Origin: Eledone cirrhosa
Lineage: Eukaryota
Assembly (NCBI GenBank): GCA_964016885.1
Contig: OZ024740.1
Location: forward strand, 273,668,001 to 273,732,000
Length of the DNA: 64,000 bases
Direction: 5' to 3'
A program made the position numbers and the translations under genes. Of this stretch, positions 1 to 12,460 are shown one piece after another. The notes beneath the pieces are model-generated. The model was not told where the DNA came from. It made no database searches and worked only from the letters and a program-made list of their open reading frames with translations. Position 1 is the stretch's first letter; every line of letters starts with the position of its first letter.

Positions 1-213
1 TCACTTATACACATATACACATAAGTTATATTACAATAATAATAAAGAATAATATATATATATATATATACATATATACACACATATACATATATACATA
101 TACATATATATATACACACACATACATACACATACATACATACACCTAAACATATACATACATAAATACACACATACGAATAAAGACATATATTCACACA
201 TAGACACCTATAT

Positions 214-249
<36 letters not shown>

Positions 250-845
250 ATATATATACACATACATACATATATATATATACATATATATATACATATA
301 CACACACACACACACACACAGACACACATACACACTCACATATACATATATATATATATGTGTATGTGAGTGTGCGCAAATACATATATATATACACACA
401 CACATACAAACACACACAAACACATACATATGCATATATGCACACACACACACATATATCACATAGATACGAAGATAAACATATAAATAGAGAGACATAC
501 GAATATATACAGAACCCATATACACATACATACAACCACGCATATACATATACATACATATATACACATATATATATTCATATATACAAGCATACACATA
601 CATACACATATATACATATACATACACATATACATACCACACATTCACATACACATACATATATAATACATATATATACATATATATACATACATATGTA
701 TGTACAATCATATATACACACTCAATCTTACATTCATATTTACATGCTCATATATGTATTTTTATATTTAGAAATAAATACCAAAACCTATATAGACACC
801 CACCTACACATATATTCATACATATACTCTTACAAAAACAGATGA
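1..845. repeat. Degenerate (TA)n/(CA)n/(TACA)n low-complexity tract
   Basis: Directly visible; gives YI/HT-repeat pseudo-ORFs. Confidence 0.95.
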
Positions 846-1837
846 TAATAGTATGGGGGAAAGGGGGGGGTTTGGAGAAGGGGATCAAAGTAAATATATG
901 TTTCAAGAAACATATAATATTTTCCGTATCTTAATTCAATGTATGTTCTTACATATTTTCAGTGCTAGGAAATACGAAATCTATGCATCCCAAAATAAAA
1001 AAGTATACCATTAATCATATGTTAACTAAACCAAAGATAGTCAACATATTGATTTCCAAGGTGTAAATTAGTTAGGTTTATAATATTTGAAGCAAAATTA
1101 TGAAGTCAAACAGTAGTAGATTATTAATTACATTATAACTAAATTAAAGTTAATAACGTTATGGTATCAATATTAGGAGATGAATTTAGTAATAGGGAAA
1201 AGAAACCCAAATAAAAATAAAATAAAGTATTACATCGGTAGTAGCATATAAATTATATGTTAACTAAATTAAAGATTATATATTTATTTCAATAGTATAC
1301 GTTAATTAGTATATGTTAATTAGGTATACAATACATAAAGCAGATATTGTATTTCATCAATAGCATAATATAATTATATGCAAATAAAAATCAAAATTAA
1401 TACGCATACATATACATATACATACACATACACATATATATACATATACACACATATATATATATATATACATATATATACACATACATAGATATATAGT
1501 CACATAAATATACATACAGATACACATACAATACACACATATACATATACATATAGATATACATATCTTTTTCAAAAAATTGCACAGAATATATTAACTA
1601 GGTATATATCCAAAACACATCCCATTCTATGATTACATGACATTCTGCAATTCGTCTGTACAAGGATACTAATTTTAAGCAAATTAAAATTAAAGTTTTA
1701 GGTTGATTAAAACTAAAACCAAATAATAAATATATTTCCAAAATGTATATTAATTAGGTCTATAATACTAAAAATTCTTTCTCCGTCATAGGATACATGA
1801 TATTATTTTGTTATATTTTATCTGTAAAAGAATTATA

Positions 1838-1874
<37 letters not shown>

Positions 1875-2062
1875 ATAATAAAAGGTTAAAATAAATTAAA
1901 ATTAATCTATAAATTAAATTACTGAGTATATATTAGTAATATTTAAAGGTTTTTCAAAATTTATGATTACATAATATTTTCTCATCTGTAATAAAATATT
2001 AATTAAATTAAATTTATAGGTTAACTAACATTTAAATTAAATTAAATTCTAGAATAATGTAA

Positions 2063-3760
2063 TTAATTAGGTTTATAATATTTAAATGTTTTTTTTAGTT
2101 TATGATTACACGATATAATTAATTCCTGTCTTTTATTTAATAAGATATCCCTAGACTTCATTATTTCAAATAGTTCTTGGGAACATAATCTACATTCCTT
2201 TCTATTATTTTGATAAGGGGTGGCTCTTTTGAGCACACTCCAGGTCAAATCATATTTTATATTTTTATTTTTATAACTATTGATTTTTTCTGCTAGAGAT
2301 GTTGTATTAGCCAGTGCGGCATTTTTAAAGCTATGTTTGTGGGTATTATACCTTGTCTTAAAATTGTTAGAGGTAGCTCCTATATATGAGCAAATAGAAT
2401 CTTTAGTTTAAACATTACATTTATAGACTATGTTGTTAATAAGACAATTCCCTTTTAATGGGCAGTTTGTTTTGTTTCTACAGTTACATCCTTTCGTTAA
2501 TTCTGTATTTGAGGAGATATTATTGTTAATTTGATGTACTGGTGGTATACTTATGGTTTTCTTACATTTATATGCATTATATGCACTTATATTTTGTTTT
2601 ATGTTATTTGTTGTAGAGTATGAGAATTTAACTGTAGACCTATTTAAGATTTGATGGTATTTGTGGTTTGGCGGGAAGTTTTTTTCAAGGATATAAAAAA
2701 ATTTTTTAGCAATATTATCCTTAACTTGTAAATTAAAAGGAGCATTATACCAAGTAACTCGTCTATTACGGTTTCTATGTTGTTTATTATTTTTATTATT
2801 TTTATATGTTGTATCATGATTTTTACTAGGAGGATTAATGTTAATGATCTCATCACAACTATTTTTAGTTATATTTGTAGATTTAGGTGTTTTATCTTTT
2901 TTATTAGGAGTTTTATTATTAATATTTATTATAGTCGTATGATGAGTAGTTTTTTGAGGGTTACCATACTTTATATTAGAAGATTTAGTATTTTGGGGTA
3001 TACTGTGGGTGGCATTTAGGTGTGTACTTTTCATTTGGTGTTTGTTGGTAATATTATGCTGTATGCTTTCAGTATTTTTAGTAGAAGGTATATACTCTAA
3101 TCTATTTTTGTGGCCACTTCTATCTAGAGCTTCATTATAAAAGGTCGCATTTTTATCAAATACATCTTGGTTAGAAGAAAGGTTAGAAATTCTAAGTGAT
3201 ATATTATATGCAAGGTTTTTAAGGATAGATTTAGGGTGATTAGATTGTGAGTGTATGTAATGTAAGTTTTGGTTAGGTTTATGGTAAGGTTGGTATATAC
3301 CCGTAGCTAAATCTAAAGTTATATCTAGGAAATTTACTACTTTACTTGTTTTTTCAAAAGTAATATTAAGATTATAATAGTCTTTAAGGAAAGTTCTAAT
3401 ATGCTTTTTGTTTTTTTCGATTTCTGAAAGGCTAAGGTTGTTAGAAAGAAGAAGACAGTCATCACGATATAAACCACCTTTGAGGTGGGGAAAAGAGGCA
3501 TTTATGTTGAAAAGGAGAAAGAGGCCCACAAGATCAGTAATTTGGGCGGAATCGCTTGAACCCATAGTAATATCAAAAAGATTACTGTAAGTGTTTCTGG
3601 TCCAGTACTCATTCTGAAATTCAATAAGTGTTTGTCTAGCATGTGTAATAATGTTAATGTCATCCGAAGTTAAATTAGATCTATTTTTAGCAAATATTAA
3701 TGCTTTGTTCAGGAGTATGGGTGATATAGAAGAATAGTAATTATCTATATCAAATTGTAG
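2063..3760 (-). mobile_element. Penelope-like retroelement (Naiad-like), 5'-truncated RT + GIY-YIG endonuclease with one in-frame TAA stop
   Basis: ORF 2408-3817 has PLE RT motifs QFDIDNYYSSI, MGSSDSAQITDLVG, LYRDDCL, VNFLDITLDL, YHKPN..YIHSQSNHP, RVTWYNAPF and CNC..CPLKGNCL. After TAA (2408-2410) the same frame continues TKDSICSYIGATSNNFKTRYNTHKHSF...CRLCSQE...LLNKRQELIISCNH to 2063 (IVY..YIG..R GIY-YIG). Confidence 0.93.
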
Positions 3761-3971
3761 GAAACGATCGTTAAATAGTGAACTTTTTTTGTTTAATATA
3801 AGGAATTGTTTGTTCATTATTTGTTTAATATTTTATCTTGACTCTGTATACCGTTTATCTTTCACCGAAAGTGGATTTTCATTACATCTCTTCTTTCCAT
3901 GATATCCGGAATACATTGAGTTCTTCATACGGATTGGACACTACCGTAAACTCTTGGTAGATTTATCTACA
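3761..3971 (+). mobile_element. Inverted pLTR-like segment at the 5' junction of the PLE, starting with a hammerhead 3' half
   Basis: GAAA-cgatcg(palindrome)-TT at 3761-3772 abuts the truncated RT in opposite orientation. The segment ends in TA-rich repeat, and pieces of it recur at 13241-13310. Confidence 0.55.
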
Positions 3972-4344
3972 TATATTTATATATATACATGTTTCTATAT
4001 ATATATTTATATTTAATCCATATCTTGGATAATGATTATCAACACTATCACCAGTCACACTAGTAGAAAGAGAAGATATATGCCCAATAATTTCCTTCTA
4101 ATTTTTTTAATTTATAAAGGTCACATTGTGCTGGCCTGGAGTTTCACAATATAAGCCCCTTCATCTTTCACATCATCAACATCATCATCCTCATCACCAT
4201 TATCATCATTATCAATTAACCTACTCCTCTTTTCCGCCTCCTCGACTCCTTCTTTCTCCACATCATCAGAATCATCATCATCAAACCATTATCAATATCA
4301 GTATTATCGTCAATCATTAGTATTATATTTATAAATAACATGTC

Positions 4345-4632
4345 GTTAACTTTGCCTTTCATCCTTATGGGGTAGATAAAATAAAGTACCAGTAATACAC
4401 ATAGATAATTCCTGGCCTTGTGCCAAAAGAAGAAAATATATTTGTATTTATGCATATATTTTGAACAACTATATTTAACAACTATTTTGGACGCCATGCT
4501 TTGCAACATAGAATTACGGCCCTTTACGGCCCGATTTCAAATCCCGCCGAGGTTAACTTTGCATTTCATCCTTATAAAATAAAGTAATACACTGTATTAA
4601 TTGCTGGCCTTGTGACAAATGCATAAACAATT
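4345..4632 (+). mobile_element. Two partial copies of tRNA-derived SINE family A
   Basis: Share gttaactttgcctttcatcc..ataaaataaagta..ctggccttgtg with full copies such as 61942-62157. Confidence 0.8.
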
Positions 4633-5599
4633 ATTATGAATATGAAAGACTTGTTGCCAGTTGTGTGGGCGAACAGCTCTTCTGTTAGCTTTCTCTCTCA
4701 ACAGAAAATGGAGAATCACAGGGCTACTTTACTGCCAACACAGGACCCCAAAATCTAAAACAATAGCTGCACCAAGTTCGGTACAAGCAGCAACAATGAC
4801 AGCAAAACGAACCTGCGCAGAACCAGCATCAGCACCAGAAACGACACCCCTATCAGCGGGAACAGAAGCATCGGCACAACCACCAACAAAGTGAAAAATA
4901 CCCAGGGCGATTCCCAAAGAAGCTCTCCATCTTTCCCGCTCTCTCTCTCTCTCTCTGTCTCCCCCTCTATCTCTCTCTTTCACTCTCTCCATGTCCTCTT
5001 AACAGAAAAACGCACATAGACACACACAGAAACACAAACACATTCTCATCCATTTCCTAGATAGATTACACAAGTAACTCCTTATCTCTAAGCGAAGATA
5101 CGTGCAAACTCTCAAGATCCAAACGACTAAAACAAAAAAACGCAGAAAATACATTGCCTCACACTAACACATAGCAAGCGCATAAACCACACCCACAACA
5201 AATAAAGACTCCTCTATAACAACACCAAATCCATTAACACCACGACCGTCAACACAACCACTACTACCACCTCCAGCTCTATCAATATTACGTTAATCAA
5301 TGACAAATGACACAGACATCATACTTCCTGCTAGTAAAGATATTGAAATTGACGGGGCAGATTTTCGGCACCAACAATTTTAAAGACTCGAAAATTTAAT
5401 GATGGTGTGCATGTCTCTTGAGACTTGCAAAGATATAGATAGAACTTGCCCCACGACATCGGAACCACTAATGTAAAGCTAAGCGTAGCAGTTTAAAGAA
5501 GTTGTCGAACGGACCACAACCAAATATAGAGATTGAAACAGCTGATCTTCAAAATCACCTGGAGATTACGTTGCACACCATTTTTTTCTCATAATTCCT

Positions 5600-5845
5600 T
5601 ACGCCAAACGTGGCCTTGTATGGGTAGGCATTTGGAATGTTGTCAGGCACTCACAGTCCTCTAACAATTGCGCAATTTGGTCAGTGGAAAGGCATTCTAC
5701 AGAAGACTAGCGTGGGTGTTTTTGAGGAGCCTCTAGGAATGGCACTACAACCGAGGCTCTCTACCGATTCGAGATAAGCTCTATAGTTAGGGAAGTGCTG
5801 TCAGACGGACCTGTCCTAAGCTTGCAGAGCAACGAAACCGTTCAA
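5600..5845 (+). mobile_element. Degenerate Tx1/L1-like LINE fragment (zf-RVT region)
   Basis: ccgaggctctctaccgattcgagataagctctatag..ggacctgtcc..cgaaaccgttc aligns by eye with 61137-61244 (RGALPVRDKIY..TC..ETV). Confidence 0.65.
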
Positions 5846-6351
5846 ATTGTAAGAGGCGAAGCAAGTTATAGACGGAAAAGGTCAGTTTGTTTCCAGCCGA
5901 CTAGATTTGGTTAAAGATAATCCAACGTTTAAATGTTGATGAGAAATCGAATGATATATGGCGTTTACACCGGACATGTTTCCAATTCTAATAGATAAAA
6001 AATTAGGTCGTTATCCAGGGCATAATTATTTTAAGAGGTACTATTTTAATTTGACACAGCTACAATCTCGACTGCTTTTTAGGTTTGAAGAATATGTTAA
6101 CAGTCAGGCTATTAATACAGTGCATCGAGAATTCAGATCTATAATAGAGTTAATAAAGTGAAAATTAAATGTATAATTCATTTTAGAGTTTTCTTTAATG
6201 TCATTATCGAGTGAGAATTGTGCGTGTTTGAAAAATGTCCTGTGCGATTGTAACTAATGATTGAATAAATTTTTGCTTCATATAATGGTATAATAAGTCA
6301 ATAGTGAATACACACCTTTATACATTATATGCGTATATATGTATATATATA

Positions 6352-7228
6352 CGTGGTGTGTCAGAAAAGTTCCACGACTGATGTTACAAAAGATTTATTT
6401 CAAACTCAAACTTCACACTAATTGTTTTCTCCTTCAAAGTAATCCCCTGGAGTCTAATGCACTATTCCATCCTTTTCTGCCACGCTTGCATGCACTCCTG
6501 GAAGGATTCTTCCGGGATCCACGCCAGTTCCGTCGTCCCGGCCTTATTGTTGTCGTCCACGTCATCAAAACGGGTCACCTCCTAGTCGTACTCGAAGATC
6601 CATCACCGGTGATGACTGTCACTAGCAAGTCTGGTTCGGTTTGAAGACGTTCGAGGATGTCCTGGCATACTTGCATGTGTCGACCCTTCTGGTCATCGTT
6701 CAGCAGTTTTGGCACCATCTTCGCGCAGACTTTCCGCATGTCCAAATTTTCAGTGAGAATCTTCCGGACGCTGTCCCGATTCATGCCCAGCTCATTTGCC
6801 ATCAGTCGAACAGTCAGCCGACGATCGCTACGCACCATCTGCCTGACGCGCTCAACATTGACCTCAGTCCTGATAGTTGAGGGCCTTCCGCTCCTGGGGT
6901 CATCTTGCACCAATCAAAAACACGAGAGCGTGACATCGTATCATCTCCATACACTTGCTGTAGCAATCCCAGTGCTTCTGACAGAGTTTTCCCGAACCTT
7001 ACGAGAAACTTCAAGTTTGTTCGTTGCTCTGTGCTCATTGCTTGACGAAATGAAACAGAGGACATGTATATAAAATTATGAAAAAAAAAGTTTGATCGCT
7101 GCAGAGAGCTAAGATTAACGTTTCATACTCTAGGGGGATTACATTGAAGGAGAAAACTCTTAGTGTGAAGTTTGGGTTTGAAATAAATATTTTGTGACAT
7201 CAGTCCTGGAACTTTTCTGACAAACCTC

Positions 7229-7229
<1 letters not shown>
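6352..7229 (-). mobile_element. mariner (Tc1/mariner) DNA transposon, internally deleted
   Basis: About 100-bp imperfect TIRs (cgtggtgtgtcagaaaagttcc... / ...ggaacttttctgacaaacctcg) with TA on both sides. Transposase fragments EQRTNLKFLVRFGKT, DDPRSGRPST, RKVCAKMVPKLL, VITGD, and C-terminal GDYFEG. Most of the catalytic domain is missing. Confidence 0.93.
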
Positions 7230-7309
<80 letters not shown>

Positions 7310-7311
<2 letters not shown>

Positions 7312-7515
7312 ATTAGTATATTTACCAACATATGCGTACAGATGTACACTAATGCTAGCAAATACATAAGTTATGTCATAGTACCCTATGCAGGGGGATG
7401 CAGAACAATTATATGAAAGAGGTAAAATAAGAAAATTTTAAAAATTAAAAATTAACTGACTGTGAGTAAGTTAATTTTTAATTTTTAAAATTTTCTTATT
7501 TTACGTCTTTCATAT
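7310..7515. repeat. Asymmetric fold-back insertion (about 47-bp arms, 7411-7514) between microsatellites
   Basis: atatgaaagaggtaaaataagaaaattttaaaaattaaaaattaact is nearly the reverse complement of agttaatttttaatttttaaaattttcttattttacgtctttcatat. Confidence 0.8.
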
Positions 7516-7537
7516 ATATATATATATATATATATAT

Positions 7538-8171
7538 TTCAAAGAAGGATTCTCGTCAGAAGGTTCTTTTCACGAAGGCCGTATGGTCTCCGTTTATTTT
7601 TGAGATTCGAAACCGATTCGGTAAAGGTAACTATAGTAAGTAAAGTCAATTTTTTAAAATTTATTTTGAAACTTTTTCATTATTTGCTAAACCTGATTAT
7701 ATATATTCTGGCTCGTTAATGTATTAACCTGCCATTGAACCACATTGGCATATGGTTGGACAATACATGTGTCCCTTAGCGCTTTGTGCGTGTAGGAACA
7801 CATATCCTATTATCACTATTCTCCTCTATGTTGAGAAAAAAGTTGGTCGTTCCGACTGCTGCTAGTGATAGTGGTTGCCGATTGACCTACCTCCCTCTGC
7901 CTCTATCTTTACTTTCGGCCCTTGAAAAAATTGATTCCACTTCATTATCTCGGGAACAGTTTTGGATAGCGCTAGTTCGTAATTTAAATTCAAGAATTTT
8001 ATATTCTTCGAATGAAAAGAACCTTCTGACGAGAATCTTTCTTTGCAACGAAGGCCGTATGGTCTCCGTTTATTTTTGAGATTCGAAACCGATTCGGTAA
8101 AGGTAACTATAGTAAGTAAAGTCAATTTTTTAAAATTTATTTTGAAACTTTTTCATTATTTGCTAAACCTG

Positions 8172-8178
<7 letters not shown>
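7538..8178 (+). mobile_element. Non-coding retrozyme-like / non-autonomous PLE element with direct terminal repeats
   Basis: 7572-7702 is a direct repeat of 8048-8178. 7538-7572 is the reverse complement of 8013-8047. The repeat carries an HHR and the element is flanked by (TA)n. Confidence 0.75.
8021..8104 (+). ncRNA. Type I hammerhead ribozyme, complete, with extended stem II
   Basis: Stem I acctt/aaggt; CTGACGA 8026-8032; stem II gaatct...agattc; GAAA 8085-8088; stem III ccg-att-cgg; GUA cleavage triplet ending at 8099. Confidence 0.88.
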
Positions 8179-8221
<43 letters not shown>

Positions 8222-8352
8222 GAAGTTATATTTAATTTGCTGGGATACAACAAGCAAATATTTTTATAACAGATATAAAGCACTCAACAAACATTTTTGG
8301 AGTAAAAATACAATATATTATCAAATTGAAACTATATTCATAAAACCATATT

Positions 8353-8416
8353 TATTTCATTATACATATTTCAAGGACCAAAGCAAATTATGGTGCGCTT
8401 TCATCACATAAAATAT
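8353..8416 (-). ncRNA. Type I hammerhead ribozyme, degenerate (C3 to G)
   Basis: Minus strand: tattttat-GTGATGA-aagcgcacca..tggtcctt-GAAA-tatgta-TA-atgaaata. Confidence 0.65.
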
Positions 8417-9708
8417 AATATAGTTCAGTTTTATAAACAAATATTGACATAACCTTAAAAGCTCCACCATTCAATTCTTCTTCTCAAAATTGCGCTCTTT
8501 GTATAGAGGAAATATTCTTTATATTAAAGAGCAAACATTCTGTGAATCTAAGGAACAATCTTTTCAGTTACTGCAAACATAGTTTACATTCAACTTTTAA
8601 ATATAAATTTAAAATGTAATATATAACTCATCTTATTAAACCTATCGATAAATCACTAGATTCCTTGGTACGACTGCCAAATACTCTCTTAAATGAAGGA
8701 AATTTTTTCCTTGAAAATTCTTCTGGATAAACATACTTAGAGTTTTTTTTTAAAATGGATATATAAAAAATTAAGATAAACATACTGAAAATTCCTAAAA
8801 AGAAGGGTTTCTTGGTTAATTCCTCTGATGGATATATAAAAAATTATAATTCATTTTTTATATTGTATTTTTTCTATATATCCTTATATATATTTTTAAA
8901 AATTACATATTATTAGAATTATATTGCTTAAAAATTACATTTAAAAATTATATAATTATATTTTTTTTAAAATTGTAATTCCTTTTTCTTTTAAATTGTA
9001 ATTCATTTAAAAATGATAAACCTTTTTAAAATTATAACTCATATTTTGTTTTATAGTATGTATTTTGTATTTATATATATATATATATATGTATATGTGT
9101 ATATGTATGTGTGTATATGTATGTATATGTATATATATATGAGTATATATGCGTATCTATGCATGTATGTATGTCTATGTATATGTGGGTCTATATATAT
9201 CGAAATGTATAATTTGAATACATTCTATGAATGAACTCATGTAAAAAGGTTTTTTTACGGTTTATGCTTTAGATATATTCTTAAGAAAAACGTTATACAT
9301 TAAGACGTTATAGTAAACAAACTTACATTTTAACAGTCACAACTGTATAACAGGGGGATTTATAAAATATATAAATTTTATAACTTACTATAAAATAATA
9401 TAAGGTTCTCTTATAATCTTAATTTTTTATCATCTTAACTTTTATAACATTTAATCATTAGAACTATCTAAATTACAAATAAATCAATTAATTTTCTCTC
9501 ACGCTGTATTGCTATAACTAAGAAGAGTTTTCTTCAGTAAAATCTCTGAACATTCCTATATTTTAAACATATATTTTGTTATTTCTTTTAAGTTTTATTG
9601 TTAATTGAAAAATTAATAATTAATTGTTGGTTGATGATTAATAATAAATTTATGTAAGGTTTTGTAATAATAACATATGTTTTAATAATATTTTTGATAG
9701 TATATGTG

Positions 9709-9761
<53 letters not shown>

Positions 9762-10184
9762 TTTTAATAATATATAGATCTCAATTTTTATTTTTATTTA
9801 TAGATCTCAATAATTTAATCAAATTTAAACATAAATTTCTCCGGTTACTACTATCTATTTATTTATTTATCTATCCACACTAACTCATCCTCTATATATT
9901 TATCTTTTCACTTCATCATCTCATAAAACTACGTTAATACAACACTCTCACTTAGGATTTTCTCTCTTTCTCTTTCTTTTGTTTTTCCTATTTCTTTCTC
10001 CTTTTATTTTTTCCCTATTCCAACGGCTTAATTTAAATGTATGGGATTTAAACCTCTACGACACTAATTTGCATAATAGACCAATAATAAAATTAGTTAC
10101 CCCACTATCCGGAAGCTTCCAACAGACATGGTCGCATTCTTTTAAGGGTATGTCAATATTTGTTTATAAAACTGATCTATATTA

Positions 10185-10249
10185 TATTTTATCTGATGAA
10201 AGCGCACCATAATTTGGTTTGGTGTCCTTGAAATATGTATAATGAAATA
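10185..10249 (+). ncRNA. Type I hammerhead ribozyme (minimal, near-palindromic stem III)
   Basis: tattttat-CTGATGA(10193)-aagcgcacca..tggtgtcctt-GAAA(10230)-tatgta-TA-atgaaata; stems I and II pair. Confidence 0.82.
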
Positions 10250-10291
10250 AATATGGTTCTATAGGTATAGTTTCCATTTGTTAATATATTG

Positions 10292-10324
<33 letters not shown>

Positions 10325-10325
<1 letters not shown>

Positions 10326-10553
10326 CAGTATTTTCCGTTGTGTTGTAATATAAATATTACACACAGTAGATTATTAGCTCACGTAGAGTTTGCTCGACGG
10401 TTCCAGTTGTAGTTCCAAAAGTAATCCGGAGAAAAATAGAAAGATTTGAATGGATACAGTTTAGTTGAAAGGAATTTATTGACACGTAACTGTTATAGAA
10501 GCACGTGTCAATAAATTCCTTTCAACTAAACTGTATCCATTCAAATCTTTCTA
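10325..10553. repeat. Fold-back insertion (about 51-bp perfect arms 10437-10487 / 10503-10552) in (TA)n
   Basis: tagaaagatttgaatggatacagtttagttgaaaggaatttattgacacgt and its reverse complement; GAAG-cacgtg-TC at the turn. Confidence 0.85.
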
Positions 10554-10555
10554 TA

Positions 10556-10728
<173 letters not shown>

Positions 10729-10739
10729 TAATATATATA

Positions 10740-10813
<74 letters not shown>

Positions 10814-10971
10814 TATATCTATCTATATCTATCTATATCTATTTATCTATATATCTGTATATATATATATACACATGTGTGTTTCTGTGTGTGTGGACTT
10901 TTCATAAGATAGATTATATCTTCGTTTACATAAATAAGTTGACACAACTGCCATTTATTTTTTCATATATA

Positions 10972-11062
<91 letters not shown>

Positions 11063-11426
11063 ATTTGTTTACGTTTTCATCCGACATTATATTTGTTAAT
11101 GTTTGTAAATTTAATTATATTTCTTAATGTTCGTAGGATTTAATTATTTATGTAAATGCCTTCCAAATTCCACAATAAAATAACTAATTTTCTTCCTTAA
11201 TTATTATGTATCACTATATCTCATAATGCCAAAAGGGAAACAGATATTTAAAACGGTATGCAAACGATTATTCTAATATCTAGCCATTTTAAAAATGCAT
11301 GGCTTTCAAGATTGTGTTTCGATAATCTATTTTATATTTAACAGTCTGCTCTGATTCATGCCCTGCAAAATGCACAGATACATACACACACAGTACACAC
11401 ACACGCATGCAAACACACGCAGACTG

Positions 11427-11474
<48 letters not shown>

Positions 11475-11818
11475 ACACACACACACACACATGCGCCCAC
11501 ATATATATATAGGAGAATAACATTAAGACAAATGCTGATATTATATAAATTATTTATTCATTATAATTATTTCTAGGGTTCCCTTATGCAACCCAAGATG
11601 TAGTATATGCATTTGCTGTTGGTATAGGAACGATACCTTCAGATGAAATATCCGTTGATGTGATATGCTGCAGGCAAAGAAAACAAACCTGCTGTTCTTA
11701 GTGCGTGGCTTATACATGGCTAACTGAATTCAGGCGTGTTTATTTTGTTTTTTTCTAAGTTTGTTTCTGTTCCCCTCTCTTCTTTAACTTTCTATTTCAT
11801 CTTTTATTTCTAATTCTA

Positions 11819-11855
11819 TCTTCTCATGAAATACTAGTATCCGAAACGTTAAGAC
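11819..11855 (+). ncRNA. Degenerate minimal hammerhead in a PLE 3'-end relic
   Basis: tctt-CTCATGA-aatactagtatcc-GAAA-cg-TT-aaga; core G5 is mutated. Confidence 0.45.
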
Positions 11856-11947
11856 GCTTTTCCCTTTATTTCAAGCGTTAAACTAACATATACACATATA
11901 CATATTTCTTCATTGTACTGTGTTGTTTACTTTTTTATATATGTTTA

Positions 11948-12008
<61 letters not shown>

Positions 12009-12029
12009 CACACACACACACAAACACAC

Positions 12030-12061
<32 letters not shown>

Positions 12062-12287
12062 ATATATATATACATATATATATATATATACAAATATGTA
12101 TATATATACATATATACATATATATAAATATATATATATGCGTCGGATGGTAGCTAAGATGCTTCCATAGGCGATATGCCCGTTGATCACTCTATGCTCT
12201 TACAGAGCAGAGTGTGATATAATATATAACGAAAAATCAGTGATTCATCTGTGATTTTTCGTTTCATATTATAACTATATATGGATA

Positions 12288-12460
12288 AATGGAAAATATT
12301 AAACGAAATTTCTTTTCTCACTCTTAGTACGGCACTTACTTAAATGTAAGTATGTATGTATACGTACATACTTATATGAATACAGACGTACAGTAGTATG
12401 TATATATATACATACATGCACACATATATATGCACGTATCGGTTCACAGAACATTTCTTA
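12288..12460 (+). repeat. Interspersed repeat shared with 40712-40880
   Basis: aaatggaaaa..aaacgaaattt..ctcactcttagtacggc..tacagacgtacagtagtatg is present at both loci. Confidence 0.75.

Larger units (their letters stand above)
8300..10292. mobile_element. Degenerate PLE relic bounded by inverted about 150-bp pLTR copies
   Basis: 8305-8460 is the reverse complement of 10140-10292, and both copies carry an HHR. The minus strand near 8570-8595 reads ECKLCLQ, like the GIY-YIG tail CRLC of the 2063 element. Confidence 0.6.

Noticed and set aside
2408-2410. Selenocysteine recoding, as reported for some Naiad PLEs
   Set aside because: The in-frame stop is TAA, not TGA, and is not at a conserved Cys, so a simple nonsense mutation is more likely
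4655-4992. GC-richer segment with 77-aa and 87-aa ORFs
   Set aside because: No domain recognised; it might be a LINE 5' region but cannot be supported
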